IMG/VR virus record: IMGVR_UViG_3300017716_002080
Location: 1-28,628 of that record
Direction: 5' to 3' (one strand)
Length of the DNA stretch: 28,628 nucleotides
Origin: a virus
Lineage: Duplodnaviria; Caudoviricetes
Shown: piece after piece, positions 16,825 to 24,595 of the stretch
Layout of the letters: each line of letters starts with the position of its first letter
Position numbering within the stretch: the first letter of the stretch is position 1
Notes under the pieces: model-generated
What the model saw: the letters and a program-made list of their open reading frames with translations, nothing else
Database searches by the model: none
Told to the model about the DNA's origin: nothing
Made by a program: the position numbers and the translations under genes

Positions 16825-17283
16825 TTATTTAATATTTTTCTCCATCAATTTATATAATTGCAACAACAAGTCCAAATCGGATTTAGAGTAACCCATTTCT
16901 GTATCAAAAATCTCATTTAAAAACTTATTAATTGAATTTTTAATAGTTTCTTCTGATTGGTTATAAAATATATCCATAAAGAAAGACTCAAAATAGTCTT
17001 TGTGCTCTCCTTTAAGATTTATGTGAAGATTTTCTTTTTTAAAATCATCAATTAGTTTAGCCCAACACCAATCAAAGTGAGATTTATTATCTTCGTCAGT
17101 TAAAGTTATTTTAGTTTCTGAGATGTTATCACCAAGATAGGTGTCTATTATGATTCTTGTTAAAGATTTTGATATGTCGCCATATAATTCAATCTTTTCA
17201 TAAGTCATATTGTTAATATTAAACCAAATAATCACCTCATCCTTAGGTACCGGCATAATCATCCAATTAAAAAAATTCTCCAT
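16825..17283 (-). CDS. Hypothetical protein
   Basis: 152-aa ORF. Confidence 0.8.
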   Translation of the reverse strand: MENFFNWMIMPVPKDEVIIWFNINNMTYEKIELYGDISKSLTRIIIDTYLGDNISETKITLTDEDNKSHFDWCWAKLIDDFKKENLHINLKGEHKDYFESFFMDIFYNQSEETIKNSINKFLNEIFDTEMGYSKSDLDLLLQLYKLMEKNIK

Positions 17284-17306
17284 AGAATATTAGTTCTATG
17301 GAGAAT
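17269..17306 (-). terminator. 13-bp perfect hairpin with U-tract overlapping the start codon of 16825-17283
   Basis: On minus: ATTCTCCATAGAA-CTAATA-TTCTATGGAGAAT-TTTTT. Confidence 0.7.
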
Positions 17307-17334
17307 ATAATTAAAAATTAATAAATGTGAATTT

Positions 17335-18933
17335 TTATTGTGTTTTTCTGTTGTAAGAAATTAAATTTCTCATCTTTTCTAAGTCTTCATTTATAATTTT
17401 TGTAGCCTTAGATTCTACAGACTCTAATTGATTCATTATTTTTTGAGCCTTTTGTGTTGAAGTTTTTTTACTATTTAAATTACCACTTTCTTTCTTTTCG
17501 CCAGCAATATCAACAGGTTGTGATTGTCTCTTATATGACACATTCATTTGTTCCGCACCATATAAATTATCGTCAAAATTTTTCTTAAATCTCTCTCCGG
17601 TTTTTTCACTTCTCTTTGACACATTACCTAACGCCTTTCCATCTTTACCTGTAACGGCATTTCCATTTTTAGAATCACCTTTAATTTGTTTTCCTATCAT
17701 TTCATCATCCGGTTTAATTTCATCATAAACAAGATTTGTCATACCAGGGTAAGCGAATGCCTCAATATATTCATCAACAGCTTCAGATGGGTTATATTTC
17801 ATTATTTTGGAATCTTTATCCATTTGATAATTACTTTGAGGGAAGTCATCAGGGTTTTCATCATATTTACCTCCCCCCATAAACATATCTTTCATATAAT
17901 CTTTCATTTTCTTTACAACTTCACTTGCATAGTCATCATTTTCTTTTTTACTCTCTCCTTGAGCTTTTTCAGTTTTTTTCAATCCTTGTGGTTTCGTCAC
18001 ACCAAAATTATTTTTTTCCGCAGAGTCCTTAACAATTTGTTCTTTAACAATATTTTCAATCATATCAATTAACTCATTTTCGGTTAATGATAATGTATTT
18101 TTATTTTCTTTAAGACCACCTAATGTTAACGCCATATTCACTTGTTTTAATAACTTAGAATCCGCAGTGGATAATTTTTTATCACCTTTAGCTTTAACCA
18201 TCAAATCTTTTTTAATTGAATTCAATTTAGATTTTGGAATTTTTTCACCTTCAGGAATCCCTAAGGCTTTATGTAAAGCACCTTTCTTCATACCTGTATC
18301 TTGAATCCATTTATCTTGAGATTCTTTTACTTGATATGTTTTCCCATCAACATTAAAACTATCTTTCCCGGATTCTTTAGCTTTAGACAAAGCTCCTGTA
18401 AAAGCGTTTCCTTCTTCAACTTCTTCATCTTCTTCTTCAGATAGTTTTGACCCAATATATGATGCCGCCATAGGAACCGCAACTCTTGCAAGTGCTGCCT
18501 GCCATTGTTCATCAGTCTCTCCTTTCTTAACTTTACCACCAAGTACATCAATTTCAACTGTTTGTCCTGGTTGTTCGTTTCTATCTTTTCTTAAGTTTTT
18601 AGTTTTACCAATAAGTGTATCATCAATAACGATATCTTGTTCGTTTCTATCTTTTCTTAAGTTCTTTTTTTCATCTTTAGTTTTACCACCAAGTACATCG
18701 ATAACGACAATATCTTGTTCGTTTCTATCTTTTCTTAAGTTTTTAAAATCGGCAGCAGTAATTTTACCTTTAGGTTTTGCAACATCAATTTTATGTTGGT
18801 CACCATGAAGTTCTTCATCCATCTCAACTTCCATCCATTGACCCTTCTTGCCAAATTTTTCTTCGTGTCTCATTTTAATTTCTTCTGAAAGAATTTGAGA
18901 AACCAATTTATCAATATTTTTTTGAAATTCCAT
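17335..18933 (-). CDS. Large charged modular protein, putative virion internal protein
   Basis: 532 aa made of short modules separated by E-rich segments, with an internal triple repeat and an upstream TATTTAT. Confidence 0.85.
   Translation of the reverse strand: MEFQKNIDKLVSQILSEEIKMRHEEKFGKKGQWMEVEMDEELHGDQHKIDVAKPKGKITAADFKNLRKDRNEQDIVVIDVLGGKTKDEKKNLRKDRNEQDIVIDDTLIGKTKNLRKDRNEQPGQTVEIDVLGGKVKKGETDEQWQAALARVAVPMAASYIGSKLSEEEDEEVEEGNAFTGALSKAKESGKDSFNVDGKTYQVKESQDKWIQDTGMKKGALHKALGIPEGEKIPKSKLNSIKKDLMVKAKGDKKLSTADSKLLKQVNMALTLGGLKENKNTLSLTENELIDMIENIVKEQIVKDSAEKNNFGVTKPQGLKKTEKAQGESKKENDDYASEVVKKMKDYMKDMFMGGGKYDENPDDFPQSNYQMDKDSKIMKYNPSEAVDEYIEAFAYPGMTNLVYDEIKPDDEMIGKQIKGDSKNGNAVTGKDGKALGNVSKRSEKTGERFKKNFDDNLYGAEQMNVSYKRQSQPVDIAGEKKESGNLNSKKTSTQKAQKIMNQLESVESKATKIINEDLEKMRNLISYNRKTQ
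18571..18741. repeat. Three intragenic 27-bp direct repeats
   Basis: TTGTTCGTTTCTATCTTTTCTTAAGTT at 18571, 18637 and 18715 (periods 66 and 78, in frame), encoding NLRKDRNEQ three times. Confidence 0.9.
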
Positions 18934-18944
18934 TGTTGTATTTT

Positions 18945-18960
18945 TTTATAATAAATATCT
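18945..18960 (-). promoter_or_regulatory. Putative late promoter AGATATTTATTATAAA
   Basis: Identical to 11335-11350 and 11 nt upstream of ATG 18933. Confidence 0.6.
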
Positions 18961-19764
18961 TTATTTTGTTCTTTTATTCAATTTTTTATATTCATGTTCC
19001 AAAATATTCATAATTATGTTTTTGTTGACTCCTAATTTTTTAGCAACATTGTCAATTGCCTCTTTTATCGATTCATTCTTCGATAATTTTAAAGCATTAA
19101 TGTCACCTTGATTACAATAAGGGAACTTCGTGCATTTTTTCTTAACCTTAACAAAAGAACCTCCTTTGTATTGAGTTTTTCTACTTGGTCCCCAATCTTT
19201 CTTACTTGTTGATTTAGCCCACATTGCCGGACTTTCATAACCACCAACAGAACCTGACCCTGTCGCTTCGGTTGCTTCAACTTTTTCAACATCACTTTCT
19301 TTCAATTTTGGAGTTTCTTTAAAACTTCTCCTAAGAAAATCACTATCTTTAAATGCTATTGGTCCTGAAAAAGCCCCGGAAGACCCCGAACCTGTCGCTT
19401 CTTTATTTTCACCTTTCTTTGTTTTTCCAACTCGACCATATTTTGGTTTCTCGATAAATGGGTCTTCATCAGAAACATTTGGTGTTCCGAAAGTATAATA
19501 TTTATCAAATTTTGTATTTTGTTTAAACTCAGCAAAATCTTTATCTTGTTGTAAATCTTTCTTAAATTGGTCTTTAGCGGATTGTTTGAGTCTTTTATCC
19601 AAAAAAGTTTCATATTCAAAATCGTCATCATCTTCAACTTCTTCAGTGAATCCTGATTTATACTTCATAGCATCTTTAATTGTGTCCGTATTCAACTTAA
19701 CATTAGGTTGAGAGGTATACGCTTTATCAATAGCGGTTTTAAATAAATTAGCAGAACTTTCCAT
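18961..19764 (-). CDS. Hypothetical protein with duplicated EATGSGSxG motif
   Basis: Likely start MESSANL at 19764. Contains EATGSGSSGAFSGP, EATGSGSVGGYESP and CTKFPYC. Confidence 0.82.
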   Translation of the reverse strand: MESSANLFKTAIDKAYTSQPNVKLNTDTIKDAMKYKSGFTEEVEDDDDFEYETFLDKRLKQSAKDQFKKDLQQDKDFAEFKQNTKFDKYYTFGTPNVSDEDPFIEKPKYGRVGKTKKGENKEATGSGSSGAFSGPIAFKDSDFLRRSFKETPKLKESDVEKVEATEATGSGSVGGYESPAMWAKSTSKKDWGPSRKTQYKGGSFVKVKKKCTKFPYCNQGDINALKLSKNESIKEAIDNVAKKLGVNKNIIMNILEHEYKKLNKRTK

Positions 19765-19765
19765 A

Positions 19766-20011
19766 TTAAGCATTTTTCAATCTTGGTTCCCAATAGCTAC
19801 GATTCATCCACATAAATTGGTAGAATTCACGGAACATTCTTAGGGTTATATCTTTGACATCACCTTCAAGTTTACCTCGTTTGATTTCTTTTGAGATTCT
19901 GTCTAACAATTTGTCTTCAAATTGTTTAATTGTATTATTCTCCATAAAAGATTTAATCTCTTTACGAATCATTATTTCAATTTCTTTCTTTTCAGTTGTG
20001 GTAAGTGCCAT
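19766..20011 (-). CDS. Hypothetical protein
   Basis: 81 aa, coupled to the upstream stop by a 1-nt overlap. Confidence 0.75.
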   Translation of the reverse strand: MALTTTEKKEIEIMIRKEIKSFMENNTIKQFEDKLLDRISKEIKRGKLEGDVKDITLRMFREFYQFMWMNRSYWEPRLKNA

Positions 20012-20424
20012 TAGTGTAGTATTAAAAAAGATGATAATCCTAAAATTATCATTCCAGATAAACCGGTTGTGAGTTTATTTTTAACTTTCTCTTTTTTTAG
20101 ATTAAATTCAACTTTCTTGGTATGGTCTTCCAATATTTCGTATTTTTGGGTTTGGGCACCAATGATTGTCTGATAATTTATTTCTTTAACTCTGAGTAAA
20201 GTTATGACACTATCCTTCATAATAACCTTAGTCTCGGTTTCAAACAATTGTTGTTCAGTAAATTTTAACTGAACTTTTGCGGAATCACCACTTAATAAAT
20301 CTTTTGTGATTTTTTTAACAATTGGTAACGGAAAACATTTTGTTTGTTGATTATTTATATCTGTTTGAGAAAAAGCTGTCAAGCTCACGCTCAGAATACC
20401 TATCAACACGATTAATTTCTTCAT
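20011..20424 (-). CDS. Signal-peptide coiled-coil protein with C-terminal hydrophobic anchor (spanin-like?)
   Basis: MKKLIVLIGILSVSLTAFS|Q signal peptide and C-terminal GMIILGLSSFLILH; overlaps the upstream gene by 74 bp. Confidence 0.72.
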   Translation of the reverse strand: MKKLIVLIGILSVSLTAFSQTDINNQQTKCFPLPIVKKITKDLLSGDSAKVQLKFTEQQLFETETKVIMKDSVITLLRVKEINYQTIIGAQTQKYEILEDHTKKVEFNLKKEKVKNKLTTGLSGMIILGLSSFLILH

Positions 20425-20701
20425 GATATTTTTTTCCTATTTTCGATTTATTTGTTTTTATATTTGAAATGTTTTCATCTATTTTCACAACCTCTTTATT
20501 AATACCTTCAACTTTATTTTCAAGACTATCTTGTTCTTTATTCATTTGGTTAACAATGTTTGTTAGTGAATCAAGTTTTGCTCTATCAACATCACTCATA
20601 GTACCAATTATAGGTAGAGAAAAATATAAAATACTTAACCCAACTAAAATGGCAAGGATTATTTGATAGTAATTACTTATGAATTTTTTAATACTTTCCA
20701 T
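20351..20701 (-). CDS. N-terminal TM plus coiled-coil protein (i-spanin-like)
   Basis: TM segment IILAILVGLSILYFSLPII followed by a heptad-like coiled coil, located in the amidase cluster. Confidence 0.7.
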   Translation of the reverse strand: MESIKKFISNYYQIILAILVGLSILYFSLPIIGTMSDVDRAKLDSLTNIVNQMNKEQDSLENKVEGINKEVVKIDENISNIKTNKSKIGKKYHEEINRVDRYSERELDSFFSNRYK

Positions 20702-20702
20702 A

Positions 20703-21275
20703 TTATTCCGGTGATTCTTTTGTTTTCTTTCTATTAGCCAAAACTCTACCCCATTTAGATTTAAATTTCTCGTAGAATTGTTTTAACTTGTTTATTATCT
20801 CCAAAAAGTCTTCATCAACTTTCATCATATCACCATTTACATAGATTCCACTATTCTCACCAATCGTAAATGTAAAGTCAATATCTTCATCAATTACTTT
20901 ACCTGACCAATCAACATTATTCGCATAAACATTTAAAGTGTTAAAGTCCGCCAAATCTGACACTTCTTCAACAAACTCGTCCATTGTCTCTTGAAATGCG
21001 ACTTTCTCATCGGTGGTAATATCCAAATCAGTTTTATCTTTACCATGTAATGCTAAGATACCTCCGGATATTCTATATTTTTGAACTTTGTCTTTGGGCG
21101 TTGTAGTTTTGCCCGATTTTTTATCATCTACTGCCGTCTCATATTCAATGTCTTGGTCCATTCTATCCATGACACTCTTTGCGATATTAATTTGAGTGTC
21201 TTGCTCAAATAATAATCTTGATTTCTTTAACAACGACTTAATTTCGTCGTATCTTTCATTGTGTGTATTCATCAT
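20703..21275 (-). CDS. Hypothetical protein
   Basis: 190 aa with N-terminal IKSLLKKSRLLFEQ leader. Confidence 0.8.
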   Translation of the reverse strand: MMNTHNERYDEIKSLLKKSRLLFEQDTQINIAKSVMDRMDQDIEYETAVDDKKSGKTTTPKDKVQKYRISGGILALHGKDKTDLDITTDEKVAFQETMDEFVEEVSDLADFNTLNVYANNVDWSGKVIDEDIDFTFTIGENSGIYVNGDMMKVDEDFLEIINKLKQFYEKFKSKWGRVLANRKKTKESPE

Positions 21276-21865
21276 ATTTTTATTAAATTTCTAAAAGTTT
21301 CAAAATTAAAAGATGGATTTAAATCTGTGTATTTTCCGTCAAAATTACTCCTTGAAATAATTCCTTCAAAATTTTCAACCCCATCAATTTTAGTGTTGTG
21401 GGATATACATTGTCGTTTAATTTTAATTTCATCGATTAGGTTGTTACACAATTCCGCAGTTTTTTGAACTTGGATACTAGTATATGGTTCCCAAAAGAAA
21501 TAGTCTCTCCACTTTTTTTCGTAAACTTGTTGATTATAAATACTTCCTTTCCAGTTAATGTAATGGGTTGTTAGCGGTTTCTTTTCTAACCACCCTAAAT
21601 TTTCTAAAGAAATGATGATTGAATTCCGGTTTATATTATCGTTTGTAAAAAAATTTGTGTGACCCTCATTTGGAATCAACTGAAGAATTGTCCCATTTTT
21701 AGTTATAATGTAATTTGGGATTTTATCATACTTGGAGTTGTATCTATATTCAAGGGAGGTCAAATATTCTTCGACCTCCCTTGAAGTATGACATAAAATG
21801 ATTTGTTTTTTCTTTTTTTGTTTACCTAACGGCTTAAATTGATTGTATTTTTGTAAGTGGAGCAT
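21272..21865 (-). CDS. N-acetylmuramoyl-L-alanine amidase (Amidase_2)-like protein, degenerate
   Basis: IILCHTS, NYIITKNGTILQLIP, NRNSIIISLEN, YTSIQV...L and TDLNP follow the Amidase_2 layout, but the Zn ligands appear substituted. Confidence 0.8.
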   Translation of the reverse strand: MLHLQKYNQFKPLGKQKKKKQIILCHTSREVEEYLTSLEYRYNSKYDKIPNYIITKNGTILQLIPNEGHTNFFTNDNINRNSIIISLENLGWLEKKPLTTHYINWKGSIYNQQVYEKKWRDYFFWEPYTSIQVQKTAELCNNLIDEIKIKRQCISHNTKIDGVENFEGIISRSNFDGKYTDLNPSFNFETFRNLIKI

Positions 21866-22661
21866 CTCGTCTAGTATAATTCAACCTTTTAATTTCAGGA
21901 GTTTGATTTGTTTCCTCTTCTGATTTTTCACTTAAAGTTCCAAATTTTTCTTCGTTAACTCTTATTAACTCAGCTTCAAGTTTTTTTAAATCTTCTTGAG
22001 TAGGATTAATTGGTTTTGTTTCATTTATTACTTCATCAGGACCATTATACTTTCCCATTATAATTTTTTCCAAAATATCCAATTGCTCTTCAGTCGGTGT
22101 ATACTTTTCTTTTTCGATTTCCGCTTCTTTTTTTGCCGCTTCGACACTTAATTCTTCAATAGTGATAACAGGTGATTTAGGTTCAATTAAAACATCTTTA
22201 TCTTCTTCTTCAAATTTAACTAACATATGTAAGAAAGATAGTGATATTATTGGTAACATTCCTCCTGAAAACAATGCTAAGAATCTTTTGTGTCCCACAA
22301 CATCTCCGGAATCAACACCCAAATAGGAAACTATTGGGTCAACCAAATCAACCCAATCTTTGAATGATTGTGAATCAACATTAATATATTGATAAGAAAA
22401 AAAAATATTCCCTATAAATTGAATGAGTGTTACTATCCCAAACGGAAAATAAACTTTTTTACCCATTTTAGCGGATATTGCGGCAAGTGCCGACAATGCG
22501 GCAATTTCAATACCGACTGACAAATAAATCGCCCAACTTATCGGGTTAGATAAATTATACCAAGTTGTAACATGAGAAATTGATACTACAGCCACCGCCA
22601 AAATCGGAACCAAAAACGCGACATAGACAATTTTCCTAAAATTTTTATGAATCCAATTCAT
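21834..22661 (-). CDS. Multi-TM membrane protein with charged C-terminal tail (holin-like?)
   Basis: About four hydrophobic segments in the first 150 aa; overlaps the amidase start. Confidence 0.75.
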   Translation of the reverse strand: MNWIHKNFRKIVYVAFLVPILAVAVVSISHVTTWYNLSNPISWAIYLSVGIEIAALSALAAISAKMGKKVYFPFGIVTLIQFIGNIFFSYQYINVDSQSFKDWVDLVDPIVSYLGVDSGDVVGHKRFLALFSGGMLPIISLSFLHMLVKFEEEDKDVLIEPKSPVITIEELSVEAAKKEAEIEKEKYTPTEEQLDILEKIIMGKYNGPDEVINETKPINPTQEDLKKLEAELIRVNEEKFGTLSEKSEEETNQTPEIKRLNYTRRDAPLTKIQSI

Positions 22662-22665
22662 GGTA

Positions 22666-22944
22666 TTATTTTTTTAATAATTTAATTTCTTCTTCAATTT
22701 GAGTTTGTCTTTGAACATCCAATAATTTTCTATCGGTAGCCTGAATCATTCTCTTTTCAGTTTCCAATCCCATAATCTTGAGTTCTTTGTTCAATTCAGT
22801 TTTTGTGTAGGTTGAATCTTTGATTGACTCAATCTCTTTTCTCATTTTAGACAATTCTCTTCCGTCTCCACAACTTTTGAAGAAACCAATTAATGCGATT
22901 ACTAATACGATTATCGTAAAGTTTTTTTCTATAAAATTTTTCAT
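22666..22944 (-). CDS. Putative lipoprotein or TM coiled-coil protein
   Basis: FTIIVLVIALIGFFKSC|G lipobox-like signal; TATTTAT at 22987-22993 upstream. Confidence 0.72.
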   Translation of the reverse strand: MKNFIEKNFTIIVLVIALIGFFKSCGDGRELSKMRKEIESIKDSTYTKTELNKELKIMGLETEKRMIQATDRKLLDVQRQTQIEEEIKLLKK

Positions 22945-23011
22945 ATTGTTTAATTTTAATTTATTTAATTATAAATGTTGTAACTAATAAATACACCCTT
23001 TACCCCATTTT

Positions 23012-23809
23012 TTACAAATAATCAAATAAAGACCCTGTCTCATTCCTTAATTTTCTTAAAGCCTTTTCTTTGATTTGTCTTACTCTTTCTTTGGTTAAGT
23101 CAAAATCATTACCTATATCTTCCAATGTTCTTGTATTCCCAGACAACCCAAAATAATTTTCAATAATCAGACGCTCACGGTTATCCAAAACATTCAACAT
23201 TTCTAACAATTTTCCTTTCAATGTTTCCTCACTCGAGATGTTAACATCCGCAAGTTCGGCATTTGGGTTAATTAAAATGTCAACTAAAGTATCACCTTCT
23301 TCATTAACCGGATTATCCAAATTAATGGTATAAGGTAATGAAGTGAATTTTTCAGGTAACTCAACACCTGTAATATCCATTTCTTTTTTTGCCCTATGTA
23401 AATCTTGGATTACATTTACGGGTAAACGAATTGTTCTTGCATTTTCATTTAAAGATTGAAAAATAGATTGTCTAATCCACCACACCGCATAAGATATAAA
23501 TCTTAATTTTTTTGTCCAATCAAAATTTTCAATTGCTCTCATTAATCCATAATTACCCTCAGATATCAAATCAATCAAATCAAGACCTTGATTTTGATAT
23601 TGTTTGGAAACTGTAATTACAAATCTTAAATTTCCTTCTAATAATTCTTTTTGGATTTTTTTCTTTTCATCTTCAGTAATATTACCTGATAACATCCTTT
23701 CCGATAGTTCTCTTTCTCGTCCGGGTGTCATAACTGGTAGTTTACGAATGTCCTTAAGATATTCTGCAATTTCTTCTTGGTTGATGTGAATTTTTGATTT
23801 TTCTTTCAT
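23012..23809 (-). CDS. RNA polymerase sigma-70 family factor (short Bacteroidota RpoD-like type)
   Basis: Region 1.2 YLKDI, region 2 NLRFVITVSKQYQNQGL.L.DLISEGN.GL...FISYAVWWIRQSI, and region 4 TLEDIGNDFDLTKERVRQIKEKALRKLR. Region 1.1 is absent. Confidence 0.95.
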   Translation of the reverse strand: MKEKSKIHINQEEIAEYLKDIRKLPVMTPGRERELSERMLSGNITEDEKKKIQKELLEGNLRFVITVSKQYQNQGLDLIDLISEGNYGLMRAIENFDWTKKLRFISYAVWWIRQSIFQSLNENARTIRLPVNVIQDLHRAKKEMDITGVELPEKFTSLPYTINLDNPVNEEGDTLVDILINPNAELADVNISSEETLKGKLLEMLNVLDNRERLIIENYFGLSGNTRTLEDIGNDFDLTKERVRQIKEKALRKLRNETGSLFDYL

Positions 23810-23812
23810 ATA

Positions 23813-24331
23813 TTAATTTTTACTATATTTTTCTAATAATCCTTTTTCAAATTGTGTTAAAACTTCAATACCTTCTAAATTGATTTTATCAAGTAATTGA
23901 TCTAATGTAGGTGGTTTTAATTGTCTTTTAAGTTCCGTAATTATCTTGGATGTAAACTCGTCCTCTTCATCGTCATCCTCAAAATATTCTTGAGTTGGGT
24001 TCATTGTAATTACCATTTCTTGACCTGATACCCCTGTATCACTATCTAAATTAAATAAATGCTCCTTGTTTTCATTTGACATAAAAACAGAAACTTTCTC
24101 ATCATATTCATTTAATATAAAAGAATCATATAAATTCTCAGAAAACATCTCTAAAAATTCATAAATTTCTTTAGTCTCTAATTCCGATTCAAAATGTGCG
24201 ATTATAAATTCTTTTCCATATTGAAATTTAAGACTTGGAGAATCCACTATTGGTAATAAACTTATAGTAATTTCTTGTTGTTTCTCATAATGTTCTAAAT
24301 CACCAAAAAAAGTTAATAGGTATTTTTTCAT
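23813..24331 (-). CDS. Hypothetical protein with C-terminal DUF6576-like motif
   Basis: C-terminal LDQLLDKINLEGIEVLTQFEKGLL. Confidence 0.78.
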   Translation of the reverse strand: MKKYLLTFFGDLEHYEKQQEITISLLPIVDSPSLKFQYGKEFIIAHFESELETKEIYEFLEMFSENLYDSFILNEYDEKVSVFMSNENKEHLFNLDSDTGVSGQEMVITMNPTQEYFEDDDEEDEFTSKIITELKRQLKPPTLDQLLDKINLEGIEVLTQFEKGLLEKYSKN

Positions 24332-24345
24332 TTTAAATGTTTTGA

Positions 24346-24353
24346 CAAAGATA
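24346..24353 (-). promoter_or_regulatory. Bacteroidota-type -7 promoter element
   Basis: TATCTTTG on minus, 14 nt before ATG 24331; it would drive the 172-aa gene and the sigma factor. Confidence 0.62.
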
Positions 24354-24364
24354 ATGTTTTTTAT

Positions 24365-24595
24365 TTAAACTCTTTTAGAATAACCAACAATCTGATAAAA
24401 ATCTTTAGTTCCCTCACAATATTGTTTAATCAGAGTAAGTAATCCTCGGAACATGAACGCACTTGTTGCCTGTTTCTCGCATTTACTAAATAACTCGATA
24501 AACGCAGTTAAAGTTCCAATCGTATTATAACCATGTCCTTGTATAATACCTAATATCTTAATGTCATCAAGTTTGGTTGTGTTAATCTGTAATTT
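24365..24595 (-). pseudogene. Start-less 76-codon open frame (gene remnant or non-canonical start)
   Basis: KLQINTTKLDDIKILGIIQGHGYNTIGTLTAFIELFSKCEKQATSAFMFRGLLTLIKQYCEGTKDFYQIVGYSKRV*, bounded upstream by TGA at 24596-24598. Confidence 0.5.

Noticed and set aside
18571-18741. Three 27-bp repeats with 39 and 51 bp gaps resembling a mini CRISPR array
   Set aside because: They are in frame within a 532-aa ORF, the gaps are unequal and related to each other, and no cas genes or leader are present.
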